64,000 nt of DNA from an uncultured bacterium (GTDB lineage: Bacteria; Zixibacteria; MSB-5A5; UBA10806): positions 64,001 through 128,000 of the forward strand of contig CBEUCH010000008.1 of NCBI GenBank assembly GCA_965541585.1, in the 5' to 3' direction. The notes beneath the pieces are model-generated. The model was not told where the DNA came from and ran no database searches. It saw nothing but the letters and a program-made list of their open reading frames with translations. Within the stretch, counting starts at the first letter, position 1. Each line of letters begins with the position of its first letter. Shown here one piece after another: positions 53,386-63,856 of the stretch. The position numbers were made by a program, and so were the translations under genes.

Positions 53386-55125
53386 ATGGCTGCAGTACGA
53401 ATTGAAAACAAAAGCCTTATCGAGATACTAAGACAGAGCCGCGACCTTTTTGGGGATAAGACCTGCATGAAGCGATTCGACGGCGAGAGGTTCGTGGATA
53501 TCAGCTTCGAGGAGTTCGCCGATAAGGCCTTCCGTATCGGGAAAGGTCTTCTATCCCTGGGGCTCTCTGGTGAGGATAAGGTCGCGATTTTGTCCGAGAA
53601 CAGGCCCGAATGGGGTGCATCGTATTTCGGCGTGCTCTCTGCCGGATGCATAAATGTTCCCCTGGATGCTCTTTTGAAGATAGCGGGATGGAGCCACATC
53701 CTCCGCGATTCGCAGGCCAAAGCACTGATCGTCTCACAGGGCTTGTTACCCGAGTTCGAGCAGATATTCGATGACCTTCCGGATTTGGAGTTCCTGATAT
53801 GCATGGATAATCCAGGGCCCGATTCCTCGGCCATCTCACTTGAAGAGCTGGAGGAGAAAAGCGCTCGATATCAGGGCCCGATGCCGGAACCGGGGTTATC
53901 GGATCTGGCAGCTATTATTTATACGTCGGGAACCACAGGGCAGGCCAAAGGTGTCATGTTGACCCACGGCAATATCGTCTCGGATATCAATGGCGTCTTT
54001 GAGGTCATCGAGCTTAAGGGAAATGATAATTTCCTGTCGGTGTTGCCGATCCATCACACTTTCGAGTGCACCGGCGGTTTTTTAACGCCTTTCGCCGGAG
54101 GCGGGTGCGTGACCTATGCGCGCGGGCTGGCGTCAAAGCTGATAATCGAGGATATAAAAAACAACAAGGCCACTATTCTGCTGGGCGTGCCGCTTTTGTT
54201 CGAGAAGATGCACGCCGGTCTCCTCAGGGCTATCTCCAAGAAACCTCGCGCTACACGCGCAATATTTAAAGCCTCCTACGGCCTCAGCAGGATTATGCAG
54301 AGTCTTTTCAAGGCCGATGCCGGCAAGAAAATATTCCACGGTCTGCGAGAGAAGGCCGGGCTTTCCAGTATCAGACTTATGGTGGCCGGAGGCGCCCCCA
54401 TGCCGCCGGATGTCGCTGGGGCCTTCAATATCCTCGGGTTTACCTTCATCCAGGGTTATGGATTAACCGAATCATCACCGGTTTTGACGATCAACCCCAT
54501 AGGCAAAAGCAAGGATGCCTCCATCGGAGTTCCCATTCCCGGCGCCGAAATGAAGATTGCCGAAAAGGACAGTCGTGGGATAGGGCATATTCTGGCCAGA
54601 GGCCCCATGATAATGAAAGGTTATTATAAAAACCAGAAGGCCACCGACGAAGTCATAAAAGATGGCTGGCTTTATACCGGTGATTCCGGCTGGGTCGACG
54701 ATGAGGGATATTACTATATCACAGGGCGCTTAAAGAACGTCATGGTTACCCCTGCCGGTAAGAACGTGTATCCGGAGGAGATTGAGGCCGAGCTCAACAG
54801 ATCGCCGTATATCCTGGAATCGCTCGTGAGGGGAAGACCCATGCAGGGTACGCGGGGCGATGAGATAGAGGCGGTTATCGTTCCGGATTTTGAATATTTC
54901 GACTCCATTGCGGCTGAAAAAGGAATCAAGTTCGGCCAGGAGGAGATAGAGAGGACCATAAAAAGAGAGGTCGTCGAGCTGTCAAGATCTCTGGCCGATT
55001 TCAAGCGGGTGAAATACGTTGAAGTCCGCCCGGAGGAGTTTGAAAAAACGTCAACGAAAAAAATCAAAAGATATCTTTTCACGCATAAGGCGGAACCTCT
55101 GTCTCAATCGAAAGAAGCCAAATGA
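53386..55125 (+). CDS. Long-chain-fatty-acid--CoA ligase (AMP-dependent synthetase)
   Basis: YTSGTTGQAKG, QGYGLTE, TGD, GRLKN...GKNVYPEEIE. Confidence 0.92.
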   Translation: MAAVRIENKSLIEILRQSRDLFGDKTCMKRFDGERFVDISFEEFADKAFRIGKGLLSLGLSGEDKVAILSENRPEWGASYFGVLSAGCINVPLDALLKIAGWSHILRDSQAKALIVSQGLLPEFEQIFDDLPDLEFLICMDNPGPDSSAISLEELEEKSARYQGPMPEPGLSDLAAIIYTSGTTGQAKGVMLTHGNIVSDINGVFEVIELKGNDNFLSVLPIHHTFECTGGFLTPFAGGGCVTYARGLASKLIIEDIKNNKATILLGVPLLFEKMHAGLLRAISKKPRATRAIFKASYGLSRIMQSLFKADAGKKIFHGLREKAGLSSIRLMVAGGAPMPPDVAGAFNILGFTFIQGYGLTESSPVLTINPIGKSKDASIGVPIPGAEMKIAEKDSRGIGHILARGPMIMKGYYKNQKATDEVIKDGWLYTGDSGWVDDEGYYYITGRLKNVMVTPAGKNVYPEEIEAELNRSPYILESLVRGRPMQGTRGDEIEAVIVPDFEYFDSIAAEKGIKFGQEEIERTIKREVVELSRSLADFKRVKYVEVRPEEFEKTSTKKIKRYLFTHKAEPLSQSKEAK

Positions 55126-56204
55126 TATATGGAGTTATCTTAGCCGGGGGGCGGGGCGAGAGATTCTGGCCCCTCTCAAGGAGCGACCATCCGAAGCAAC
55201 TGCTGACCCTGACCTCCGATAAAAAGACCATGATTGAGGAAACCGTAGACCGTCTTAAAGGTTTCGTGGCGGAAGATAAGATAATTGTCGTTACGGGGCA
55301 GCATCTCAAGGAAAAGATACTGAAAGCCGTCCCGTATCTTTCAGAGCATAATCTGCTTCTGGAGCCGCAAGGCCGAAACACCTGTCTGGCCATCGGCCTG
55401 GCGGCTGTCCATATTATGAAGGAGGATCCTGAAGGGGTAATGGTGATTCTATCCTCCGATCATATGATAACGCCCACCGAAAGACTGGTCTCCGTCCTCA
55501 AAAGCGGGAGCCAGGTTGCGGAAGAGGGAGATTATCTCATCACGATCGGCGTGGTGCCGACCCGTGCCGAGACCGCATACGGCTATATCGAACTCGGGGA
55601 GGAGTTGAAGACGGTTTCGGGAATAAACTTCTCCAGGGTGAAGCAATTCAAAGAAAAGCCGGATCCCGTCAAGGCGCAGGAGTATTATCTGGGTCGGCAG
55701 CATCACTGGAATTCCGGAATTTTCATCTGGCGAGCCGATTCAATATTGAAGGCGATTGAGAAACATATCCCCGAAATACATAAATGCCTGGCGGAATATG
55801 ACCGGAATATAGGCACCTCAAGCGAGTATGATGCCCGATGCGAGCTGTATTCCAACAGCGCCAACATATCTATTGACTTCGCGGTTCTGGAAAAGGCATC
55901 GAACGTCCTGACGGTCAGGGGAGATATAAAGTGGGATGATATTGGATCCTGGCTCGCCATGGGACGTATCAAGGATCGCGACGGAGACAGCAATGTTAAA
56001 GTGGGAGACGTCCTTCTCGAGGGGAGCTACGAGAATATAGTGGTCAACGATGCCGAAGGGATTATAGTAGGATTGGGAGTCTCGGATCTGGTGATAGTCA
56101 GAACCGGCGATATTGTGATGGTAGCGCATAAGACCCGGCTGAACGATATCAGAGATCTTCTAACACGCATGGCCGGAGATGAGAAATGTGAAAAATATCT
56201 GTAA
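55122..56204 (+). CDS. manC: Mannose-1-phosphate guanylyltransferase
   Basis: ILAGGRGERFWPLSR..PKQ, EPQGRNT, SDH, YGYI, FKEKP, WNSGIF, ISIDFAVLEK. Confidence 0.92.
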   Translation: MIYGVILAGGRGERFWPLSRSDHPKQLLTLTSDKKTMIEETVDRLKGFVAEDKIIVVTGQHLKEKILKAVPYLSEHNLLLEPQGRNTCLAIGLAAVHIMKEDPEGVMVILSSDHMITPTERLVSVLKSGSQVAEEGDYLITIGVVPTRAETAYGYIELGEELKTVSGINFSRVKQFKEKPDPVKAQEYYLGRQHHWNSGIFIWRADSILKAIEKHIPEIHKCLAEYDRNIGTSSEYDARCELYSNSANISIDFAVLEKASNVLTVRGDIKWDDIGSWLAMGRIKDRDGDSNVKVGDVLLEGSYENIVVNDAEGIIVGLGVSDLVIVRTGDIVMVAHKTRLNDIRDLLTRMAGDEKCEKYL

Positions 56205-56682
56205 GATAGCAATCCCGCTGTCGGTCATTGCAATTTTTTGGATTACCTCCTGTGCGCGCTATGCCGGCCCCGGTTCCGGGCAAACCATAGAAGACCGTAG
56301 AACCGCCAAGGAGTCGCGCTATAATCTTCTGGGCTTTCCCGGCGACGATGAAGTTATTACGGCAGACGTTCCCGCCGTCGATGATACCTTAAGAGAGGGA
56401 AGCGATCTTATTTCATTTCCCGAATATACCTCTGGAGAAGAAGATGTCCAGGTGGTCTTCTCGGTGCAGGTGTTCGCCTCCAAATCGAGTGAAGAGGCGG
56501 AAGAATTCGAGCATTCGATTGCCCCGCTGTTCGACGAGGAAGTGCGGACCGATTATAAACCGCCTTATTACAAGGTAAGGATCGGCAGGTGCGCGGATCT
56601 CGAGGAAGCGGAGGCTCTTCTGGAAAAAGTTAAAGAGATGAATTTACCCAATGCCTGGCTGGTCAGGATTTGGCTACGGTGA
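56179..56682 (+). CDS. SPOR-domain lipoprotein
   Basis: Lipobox-like ITSC; FSVQVFA...PPYYKVRIG...AW. Start could be GTG 56188. Confidence 0.8.
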   Translation: MRNVKNICKIAIPLSVIAIFWITSCARYAGPGSGQTIEDRRTAKESRYNLLGFPGDDEVITADVPAVDDTLREGSDLISFPEYTSGEEDVQVVFSVQVFASKSSEEAEEFEHSIAPLFDEEVRTDYKPPYYKVRIGRCADLEEAEALLEKVKEMNLPNAWLVRIWLR

Positions 56683-56701
56683 AATTGGAGTTTGAAAGGG
56701 A

Positions 56702-57307
56702 TTGGCTGGCAATATCGATTTTAGCAAATATGCGGAGTTCATAAGGAAGGGAAAGATAGCGCTTTTCCCAACCGACACGGTTGTGGGCATCGGCTGCCGA
56801 TTCGATTCGGAAGAGGATATTGCCAGGCTCCGTGCCATAAAGGGTATCAAAGATTCGGATCCCATCGCCGTCCTGATCTCATCGATGCAGCAACTCGATA
56901 GCCTGAGAATCCGCCGGAGCCGTCTTTCCAATCTGCTTACGATGAAATTCTGGCCCGGGGGGCTCACCCTGGTTTTATCGTCGGATGATCGGTTCCCGTG
57001 CAGCGGAGCAGGCAATTCTATTGGGTTGAGGATGCCGGATGTGGATTCTCTGCGTAAGATAATAGAGATGGCCGGCGTGCCTCTGGCGGCCACCAGCGCT
57101 AATCTTCATGGCTGGCCTGCTCCGGGAAGGATGGAAGAAGTTGACGTTTCTATAGTGAAAAGCGTCGATTGCACTTTCGATATTCCTGCCAGGCTTGTCA
57201 GGCTGCCATCAACCGTCGTCAGGCTCGAGGGAGGCAAGCTCAAGATCATACGCGAGGGAGCTATACCGTCCAGTGATATCTACGATGCCGTTGCGGAGGA
57301 AGTTTGA
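56702..57307 (+). CDS. tsaC: Threonylcarbamoyl-AMP synthase (YrdC/TsaC family)
   Basis: FPTDTV.G, FWPGGLT, GLRMP, ATSAN, PSTVV, REGAI. Confidence 0.85.
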   Translation: MAGNIDFSKYAEFIRKGKIALFPTDTVVGIGCRFDSEEDIARLRAIKGIKDSDPIAVLISSMQQLDSLRIRRSRLSNLLTMKFWPGGLTLVLSSDDRFPCSGAGNSIGLRMPDVDSLRKIIEMAGVPLAATSANLHGWPAPGRMEEVDVSIVKSVDCTFDIPARLVRLPSTVVRLEGGKLKIIREGAIPSSDIYDAVAEEV

Positions 57308-57804
57308 ACCGGCGAGATTTCCAGGTACTTCTGGTTTGCACAGGCAATACCTGTCGCTCTCCGATGGCGGAGGGGATTTTGAAATCACTTTTGAAACAGA
57401 AAGGAAAGGATGATATAATCGTATCATCCGCAGGAGTAGGCGCCCTGGAGGGTTATCCGGCCTCTGGATTTGCCATTGAGGTGGCAAAGAATTGGGATGT
57501 TGATATCTCCGACCATCGAGCAAGGCAGTTGAGTCATGAGATGATAAAGAAAACGGATTTGATTCTGGCCATGTCTCCGGAACACGCAGATAATATATTA
57601 CGCACGGATCCCCGGGCGAAGAGTAAGACCTACCTGCTGAAATCGTTTCCGAAACTATACGCGCCGTCGCAGGAAGGGGTCGATGATCCCATTGGAGGAA
57701 GTCTCGATCAGTACAACCATACCTATCTCGAACTGGACGACGTCCTCAGGCGGATCGCCGGAGATATTATTCAGCTCGCAAGTTCCTCCGGGAAAGGCAC
57801 TTAA
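57304..57804 (+). CDS. Low-molecular-weight protein tyrosine/arginine phosphatase (YwlE-like)
   Basis: VCTGNTCRSPMAE P-loop, SAG, DDPIG. Confidence 0.92.
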   Translation: MNRRDFQVLLVCTGNTCRSPMAEGILKSLLKQKGKDDIIVSSAGVGALEGYPASGFAIEVAKNWDVDISDHRARQLSHEMIKKTDLILAMSPEHADNILRTDPRAKSKTYLLKSFPKLYAPSQEGVDDPIGGSLDQYNHTYLELDDVLRRIAGDIIQLASSSGKGT

Positions 57805-58706
57805 TGGCTCGAGCGGCGAAAGTCGTTACCATAATAATGTTGCTGACTGCCCGTATCGTCTATGGCGATAATGGTGAACCCGATTATGATTCCTCGGCTG
57901 TGAACGGCAATCCCCTCCCGAGCAAAATAACCGTTAACTCCGCCGCAATCGACACCATACCTTTGACGGAAGAATTCATAGCCGCCTCGGCCGATTCGTC
58001 CTGGTGGTATCGCAAACTGGAAAATAAGGCCTTCGGGGTGGGCGAGAGGCTGGAATTCTCGGTTAAATATGGAATGCTGCCTGCGGGAACAGCTGTCATG
58101 AAGATCCCCGAGATAATCGATTATGAAGGACATCCCAGCTTCAGAATAGTCTCCACCGCCAGATCCAACAGAGTGATCTCAGTCTTTTATAGAGTCCGCG
58201 ATAGCGTAGAGACCATCGTAGATTACGACGGTATATTTCCTCGCAGATTTCATAAGCAACTGCGGGAGGGCGGCTACAAGGCCGATAAAACAACGCTCTT
58301 CGATCAGAGGAAGCATCTTGCTATTGCCGGCAATGATACCATTCCGACTTATGCCTTCGTGCAGGACGCACTATCCAGCATGTATTTCATTCGAACGAGG
58401 GAACTGACGCCGGGAAGCGAAATTCTAGTCGACAGCCATACGGATAAGAAAAACTTCCCGCTAAAGATATTGGTTTACAGAAAGGAGACGGTGAAGGTTC
58501 CTGCCGGTAACTTCGACTGCATCGTGATTGAACCGGTTATGAGGGCGGAGGGGATATTCAAAGCCAAAGGACGGATCTGGATCTGGCTGACGGACGATCA
58601 ATATAAAATACCCGTCAAGATGAAGACGGAGGTGTTCTTCCTGGGTTCTGTCACGGCTCAGTTAAAAAAATTCACTCTCGGAACGGTTGAGGCCGAAGAT
58701 GGGTAA
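57804..58706 (+). CDS. DUF3108-like secreted protein
   Basis: FGVGERLEF.VKYG, QDALS..Y..R, E.VKVPAG.F, IWLTDD..KIPVK. Confidence 0.8.
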   Translation: MARAAKVVTIIMLLTARIVYGDNGEPDYDSSAVNGNPLPSKITVNSAAIDTIPLTEEFIAASADSSWWYRKLENKAFGVGERLEFSVKYGMLPAGTAVMKIPEIIDYEGHPSFRIVSTARSNRVISVFYRVRDSVETIVDYDGIFPRRFHKQLREGGYKADKTTLFDQRKHLAIAGNDTIPTYAFVQDALSSMYFIRTRELTPGSEILVDSHTDKKNFPLKILVYRKETVKVPAGNFDCIVIEPVMRAEGIFKAKGRIWIWLTDDQYKIPVKMKTEVFFLGSVTAQLKKFTLGTVEAEDG

Positions 58707-59658
58707 GTTTAAGAGAGTAGATCTGTCGAAAGTCAAGACGGTTAAAATGGACGATCGCCAGAACAAAACCGATCTTAGTCGTTTCGGCAAGCCGTTCGAT
58801 CCGGACCTGCCATTTTCCGATTTCCTGAAGTCGTTGCCCGCCTTTCTCAAAGCAGGGGACCTGTTATCTCTTTCGGGAAAGATAGCCGCGGCCCGGGTAA
58901 ACGGGAAGTCTGTAGTCTGGATGATGGGAGCGCATCCCTTGAAAGTGGGACTTGCGCCCGTTATAAATGATCTGGTCAAGGAGAAATTTATCAGTCACTT
59001 GGCGTTTAACGGAGCCTGCGCCATCCACGACCTGGAGATAGCCTTTTTCGGGAAAACGTCGGAAGAGGTCTCGGATGGCCTGGCGGACGGACGTTTCGGA
59101 ATGGTCGAGGAAACTCCCGGATTAATCTTTGAGGCAGCAAAAGATGCCATCGAAAATGGCCTGGGATTGGGAGAAGGCCTGGGGAGGTTCATCTCGAAAA
59201 AATCTCCCCGATTTGCAGAGCAATCGATCTTTTCTACATGCTATGATAATGACGTTCCGGTATCGGTGCATATGGCTATTGGCACCGATACAATCTCCCA
59301 GCATCCCGGATTCGATGGCGCTGTTTTTGGCAAGCTCTCCAATGACGATTTCCTGATGTTTTGCGAATCGATTTCTAATCTCGGGGATGGGGTTATAGTC
59401 AATATCGGTTCGGCGGTGATTCTGCCGGAGGTTTTTTTGAAGGCTTTAACCGTCGCCCGAAATATATACGGGACCATAGAGAATTTTACGGCCGCTAATT
59501 TCGATATGATCCAGCATTATCGTCCCAATACCAACGTGGTTATAAGGCCTGTGACCGGAAAAGGTGCCGGATTCAGTCTTACCGGTCATCATGAGTTGAT
59601 GTTGCCGCTTCTGGCCGCCGCCATAAAATCCAGCTATAAAGAGATATCGGAAGGGTGA
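58699..59658 (+). CDS. DHS-like NAD/FAD-binding fold protein (deoxyhypusine-synthase-like)
   Basis: MMGAH..KVGL, IHDLEIA..G.TSE.V, GSAVILPEVFLKA, GHHELM.P. Confidence 0.7.
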   Translation: MGKFKRVDLSKVKTVKMDDRQNKTDLSRFGKPFDPDLPFSDFLKSLPAFLKAGDLLSLSGKIAAARVNGKSVVWMMGAHPLKVGLAPVINDLVKEKFISHLAFNGACAIHDLEIAFFGKTSEEVSDGLADGRFGMVEETPGLIFEAAKDAIENGLGLGEGLGRFISKKSPRFAEQSIFSTCYDNDVPVSVHMAIGTDTISQHPGFDGAVFGKLSNDDFLMFCESISNLGDGVIVNIGSAVILPEVFLKALTVARNIYGTIENFTAANFDMIQHYRPNTNVVIRPVTGKGAGFSLTGHHELMLPLLAAAIKSSYKEISEG

Positions 59659-59662
59659 TAGA

Positions 59663-61192
59663 ATGTCTAAATTGGTAGAATGCGTTCCGAATTTTTCGGA
59701 GGGAAGAAATCCTCAGAATATTGCCAGGATCATAGCCGAGATCGAATCCGTCGATGGCGTTCAGCTTCTCGATCAGGAAATGGATAAAGATCACAATCGG
59801 GCGGTCATAACCTTCGTGGGCGAGCCGGAACCGTCTCTCGAGGCGGCTTACAAGGCTGTTTCCAAGGCTGCTGAATTAATCGATATGGAGAAGCATACCG
59901 GCGAGCATCCGAGGATGGGGGCTACCGATGTTATCCCGTTCGTGCCCATCTCGGGTGTCACCATAGAGGAATGTGTCGAGCTGGCAAAGCGGCTGGGAGA
60001 GAGGGTTGGCAAAGAGCTTGAGATTCCCGTCTACCTCTATGAGGCCGCCGCCACCAGGCCGGAAAGGGAAAACTTAGCCGATGTCAGGAAGGGGGAATAC
60101 GAGGGCATTAAGGCAACCATCGGATCCGATCCGGATAGAAAACCGGACTTCGGTCCCTCCAGGACGCACCCCTCGGCCGGGGCCATAGCCATAGGAGCCA
60201 GAAATTATCTCATAGCCTTCAACGTCTACCTCGGCACGCAGAATCTACAGATAGCCAGAAACATCGCCAATGCCATCAGGCATGCACGGGGTGGATTCCG
60301 ATTTGTCAAGGCCATGGGTTTCGAGATAAAGGAACGTCAGCAGGTTCAGATATCCATGAATCTTGTTGACTACGAAAAATCGCCGATTTTCAGGGTCTAC
60401 GAGATGATCAAGGTCGAAGCCCGCAGGTACGGCGTACCGGTCGTCGGCTCCGAGATAGTAGGATTGGCGCCGCTGAAAGCGATCACAAAGACCGCGGACT
60501 TCTATCTCGGCCTGGAGAATTTTAAGATGAATCAGGTATTGGAATATAAACTGAAATCGCGGAAAGTTGCCGCCAAAGAGGGCACGAAAGGTTTTCTGGA
60601 TCTGGTGGCGGCCAAGACAGCGACTCCGGGCGGCGGTTCGGTTGCGGCGCTGGCGGGATCACTGGCCGGAGCGCTGGGTGCCATGGTTTGTCGCTTGACC
60701 GTTGGCAAAAAGAAATATGCCGGTGTTTCCCCGGAATTGACATCGGTGCTGGACAATATCGAGAATCTGCGTTCGGAGTTGACGTTTCTCATCGAAAAGG
60801 ACGCACAGGCCTTCGACCAGGTTATGCTGGCCATGAAGATGCCCAAATATACTGATTTTGAGGTTCAACAGCGCGACGCCAGGCTCCAGGAGGCCACCAT
60901 TCTGGCAGCCTCGGTGCCCCTTGAAGTAATGGAGAAAACCGTGGCCGTTCTGGAACTCTTGCCGATCATAGCCGAAAAAGGAAACGAGAATTCCATCTCC
61001 GATGTCGGCGTGGCCAATCTCCTGGCTGATTCCTCTCTTAAGGGAGCTCATCTGAACGTGAGAATAAATATTCCCGGACTTGCTGACGAAAAGAGGAAAA
61101 CAGAACTCTCTCAAAAAGCGTCAAAGCTCCTTGAAAAAGGGGAGAAGTCATTCGCCCTGACGGCGAGAACTGTGGAAAGTAAACTGGAATGA
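59663..61192 (+). CDS. ftcD: Bifunctional glutamate formimidoyltransferase / formimidoyl-THF cyclodeaminase
   Basis: ECVPNFSEGR, DHNRAV, GEHPRMGATDV; second domain TPGGGSVAA...NVRIN. Confidence 0.93.
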   Translation: MSKLVECVPNFSEGRNPQNIARIIAEIESVDGVQLLDQEMDKDHNRAVITFVGEPEPSLEAAYKAVSKAAELIDMEKHTGEHPRMGATDVIPFVPISGVTIEECVELAKRLGERVGKELEIPVYLYEAAATRPERENLADVRKGEYEGIKATIGSDPDRKPDFGPSRTHPSAGAIAIGARNYLIAFNVYLGTQNLQIARNIANAIRHARGGFRFVKAMGFEIKERQQVQISMNLVDYEKSPIFRVYEMIKVEARRYGVPVVGSEIVGLAPLKAITKTADFYLGLENFKMNQVLEYKLKSRKVAAKEGTKGFLDLVAAKTATPGGGSVAALAGSLAGALGAMVCRLTVGKKKYAGVSPELTSVLDNIENLRSELTFLIEKDAQAFDQVMLAMKMPKYTDFEVQQRDARLQEATILAASVPLEVMEKTVAVLELLPIIAEKGNENSISDVGVANLLADSSLKGAHLNVRINIPGLADEKRKTELSQKASKLLEKGEKSFALTARTVESKLE

Positions 61193-62016
61193 AGAAAGAG
61201 TACGTTGATCTCCACGTGCACACCAATGCCTCCGACGGTCTGTTTACGCCGTCGGACGTAGTGGAGAATTCACTCAAACTGGAGCTGGGAGCAATCGCCA
61301 TCACCGATCACGATACCGTCGACGGATACGTGGAAGCATCCCGAATGGTCGATGAGAAAGTGATGGAGGTTGTTCCGGGTGTGGAACTCTCCAGCAACTA
61401 TAAGGGAGCCGACGTTCATATTCTGGGTTATTATATAGATTATCAAAACCCCGAGTTTGTCAAAAAAATCCTCAAATTCAGGCAGTATCGCTATGAGCGC
61501 GGCGAAGATATGGTAGCCCGGCTAAACGAACTCGGGTTAAACCTCTCGATGGACACCGTGAAGACTATAGCCGGCAAGAGCTCTCTGGGGCGACCTCACG
61601 TGGCTGATGCCCTGCTGAGGGAGGAGTTCGTTCAAACCTATGATGAGGCATTTGCCAGATATATCGGCTATCATGCGCCTGCCTACGTGCCGAAAAAAAT
61701 TCTGACCTCGGCCCAGGCGATTGATCTAATACATCTGATAAGGGGCGTTGCGATTATGGCTCATCCCGGAACACTCAGACACGATGAGTTTATACCAGAT
61801 CTGGTGGAGATGGGTATCGACGGTATCGAAGCTTATCATTCGCAGCATAAAAGAAACGATACCACCCGCTATAAGAACCTGGCCGGGAAACTGGGCATTA
61901 TATATACCGGCGGCTCGGATTGTCATGGGCCCCGCAAGGGGAAATCTCTGATCGGAACTCAGCGCGTTCCCTATAGCGTGTTGGTGAAATTAAAAAAGGT
62001 CAAGGAGAGCAAGTAG
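61189..62016 (+). CDS. PHP-domain phosphoesterase (YciV/TrpH-like)
   Basis: DLHVHTNASDG, AITDHD, PGVELS, HILGY, GRPH, AHP, GGSDCHG. Confidence 0.92.
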   Translation: MKKEYVDLHVHTNASDGLFTPSDVVENSLKLELGAIAITDHDTVDGYVEASRMVDEKVMEVVPGVELSSNYKGADVHILGYYIDYQNPEFVKKILKFRQYRYERGEDMVARLNELGLNLSMDTVKTIAGKSSLGRPHVADALLREEFVQTYDEAFARYIGYHAPAYVPKKILTSAQAIDLIHLIRGVAIMAHPGTLRHDEFIPDLVEMGIDGIEAYHSQHKRNDTTRYKNLAGKLGIIYTGGSDCHGPRKGKSLIGTQRVPYSVLVKLKKVKESK

Positions 62017-63854
62017 TGCGAAAATTATTTATCGGGATATTTCTCTTTTCCCTTATAGCCGTTTCGGTATCGGGCGGCCCGCCAGACGATGCGACAGAAC
62101 TGTTGAAAACCAGAATGGCTGAAATCAAAGGAGAGATTCCTTACGAAAGGGTGAGTGCCGATTTGCCTGATCCCAAGTGCGGCACACCGGTCACGGTGGC
62201 AATATACCCTATCATGAATCAAAGGCATGATGAAGACCTCATAACCCTCCTGCAACGCCCCGATTACCTGCAGGATACGCTGGGAGGGGAAAATATCCTG
62301 GTTCATTATACTACGGTGGGTATTCATGCTCCCTATCAGGTCGGCAACGACACTCAGCCGGCGGACGGGATACCCGATTATATCAACCGGGTTTTCGAGG
62401 TCTTCGAATATGTCTGGGAATTCCAGATTGGTTCCCTGGGATATAATACTCCTCCCGCCGATGTCGGCGGTGGCGGAGATAACAGGTATGATATTTATGT
62501 AGAGAATCTCGGTGCCGGTTTTTACGGATTCACCACCCCCGAAAATATGGTGGACCAATTTCGGGCATACAGCTACATAAACATCGAAAACGACTTCGCC
62601 GGAACGTATTATGGCAATAATCCGGTGGATGGTATGAAGGTGACTGCCGCCCACGAATTTTTCCATGCTATCCAGTTCGGCTACGATGCCCTGGAGTTTG
62701 ATTTTGATGATCCGCTTGATGCATTCACCTATAAACCCTGGTGGCTGGAGGCATCGGCCACCTGGATGGAAGATGTAGTTTACGATGACATTAACGATTA
62801 CGTTGCGTATCTTCCATTCTACTATGGATACTCATGGATGGGGCTGGGGACTTTCTCATATAATTATGGAGACCCTCGCGCCTTTCATCCTTATGGCTCC
62901 TGCGTCTGGCCGATCTACCTGACAGAAAAATATGGCGTCGAAATTGTGAAAGAGATCTGGGAACGATGCGCAACGATAGCCGGATATAATACTCTTCATG
63001 CTACCAATGACGCCCTGCTTTCCCGATCGTCATCGTTATCGACCGGCTTTCTTGAATTCTCGGTCTGGAATTTTCATACCGGGGATTTTGCCGATCCGGT
63101 AAACTTCTTCAGCGAGGGGGCTCTGTTTCCGGAAGTCGATACTGTGACTTATGTTAGCCAGCTCATGGAGAGCCCGCGAACATTGGGCACTGTATTTAAT
63201 CCACCCGAGCATCTGGGCGCAAACTTTATCGTCATACGATCAGGTACCGAGCCCGGCGGGGTGCAGGTTAATTTCGACGGGCAGGATTTATCCAATGCCT
63301 CGTGGCATGTCGCCATACTCGGCCATATCCAGGGGGATAGCGAATGGATCGATATGCTGGTCGAAGAGAACACCGGCGACGGTTCCGAGGAATGGCGAGA
63401 CTGGAATTTTTTCGACAACGTGGTGGTGATTCCGACCGTTTCCGGACTTACTCCCCTGTATAATCAGTTTACCTATAGCGGCAGGGTTTCGTATGATCCC
63501 ACGCTCATCGGCGACGAGGACCCTAATCCTGATTTTAAATTATCTCCGGCATATCCTTCACCGTTCGTTATATCCGGCGAAGCCTCCCTCTTGAGGATCC
63601 CGTATTCCCTCGATAAACGTTATACCAAAAGCCAGCTGGGAATATGGATTTATGATGCATCGGGCGTACCGGTGGCCGAGATACCCAAAACGGCCATACC
63701 ATCATCCAGCCCCGGCCAGCATCAGAGCGGCGCAACCTGGTATGGAAAGAATGATGACGGCGATTACGTGGCATCCGGCATATACATAATCCATATGGAG
63801 GCCGAGGGCAATTCGTCGACGACCAAGATTGCGGTCGTAAACGGCTTCAGGTAG
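62016..63854 (+). CDS. Secreted zinc metalloprotease (MXAN_6640-like) with C-terminal FlgD-Ig-like domain
   Basis: Signal peptide, PKCGT, TAAHEFFHAIQ, WWLEASATWME; YPSPF...W.GKN..G..VASGIY tail. Confidence 0.85.
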   Translation: MRKLFIGIFLFSLIAVSVSGGPPDDATELLKTRMAEIKGEIPYERVSADLPDPKCGTPVTVAIYPIMNQRHDEDLITLLQRPDYLQDTLGGENILVHYTTVGIHAPYQVGNDTQPADGIPDYINRVFEVFEYVWEFQIGSLGYNTPPADVGGGGDNRYDIYVENLGAGFYGFTTPENMVDQFRAYSYINIENDFAGTYYGNNPVDGMKVTAAHEFFHAIQFGYDALEFDFDDPLDAFTYKPWWLEASATWMEDVVYDDINDYVAYLPFYYGYSWMGLGTFSYNYGDPRAFHPYGSCVWPIYLTEKYGVEIVKEIWERCATIAGYNTLHATNDALLSRSSSLSTGFLEFSVWNFHTGDFADPVNFFSEGALFPEVDTVTYVSQLMESPRTLGTVFNPPEHLGANFIVIRSGTEPGGVQVNFDGQDLSNASWHVAILGHIQGDSEWIDMLVEENTGDGSEEWRDWNFFDNVVVIPTVSGLTPLYNQFTYSGRVSYDPTLIGDEDPNPDFKLSPAYPSPFVISGEASLLRIPYSLDKRYTKSQLGIWIYDASGVPVAEIPKTAIPSSSPGQHQSGATWYGKNDDGDYVASGIYIIHMEAEGNSSTTKIAVVNGFR

Positions 63855-63856
63855 CC

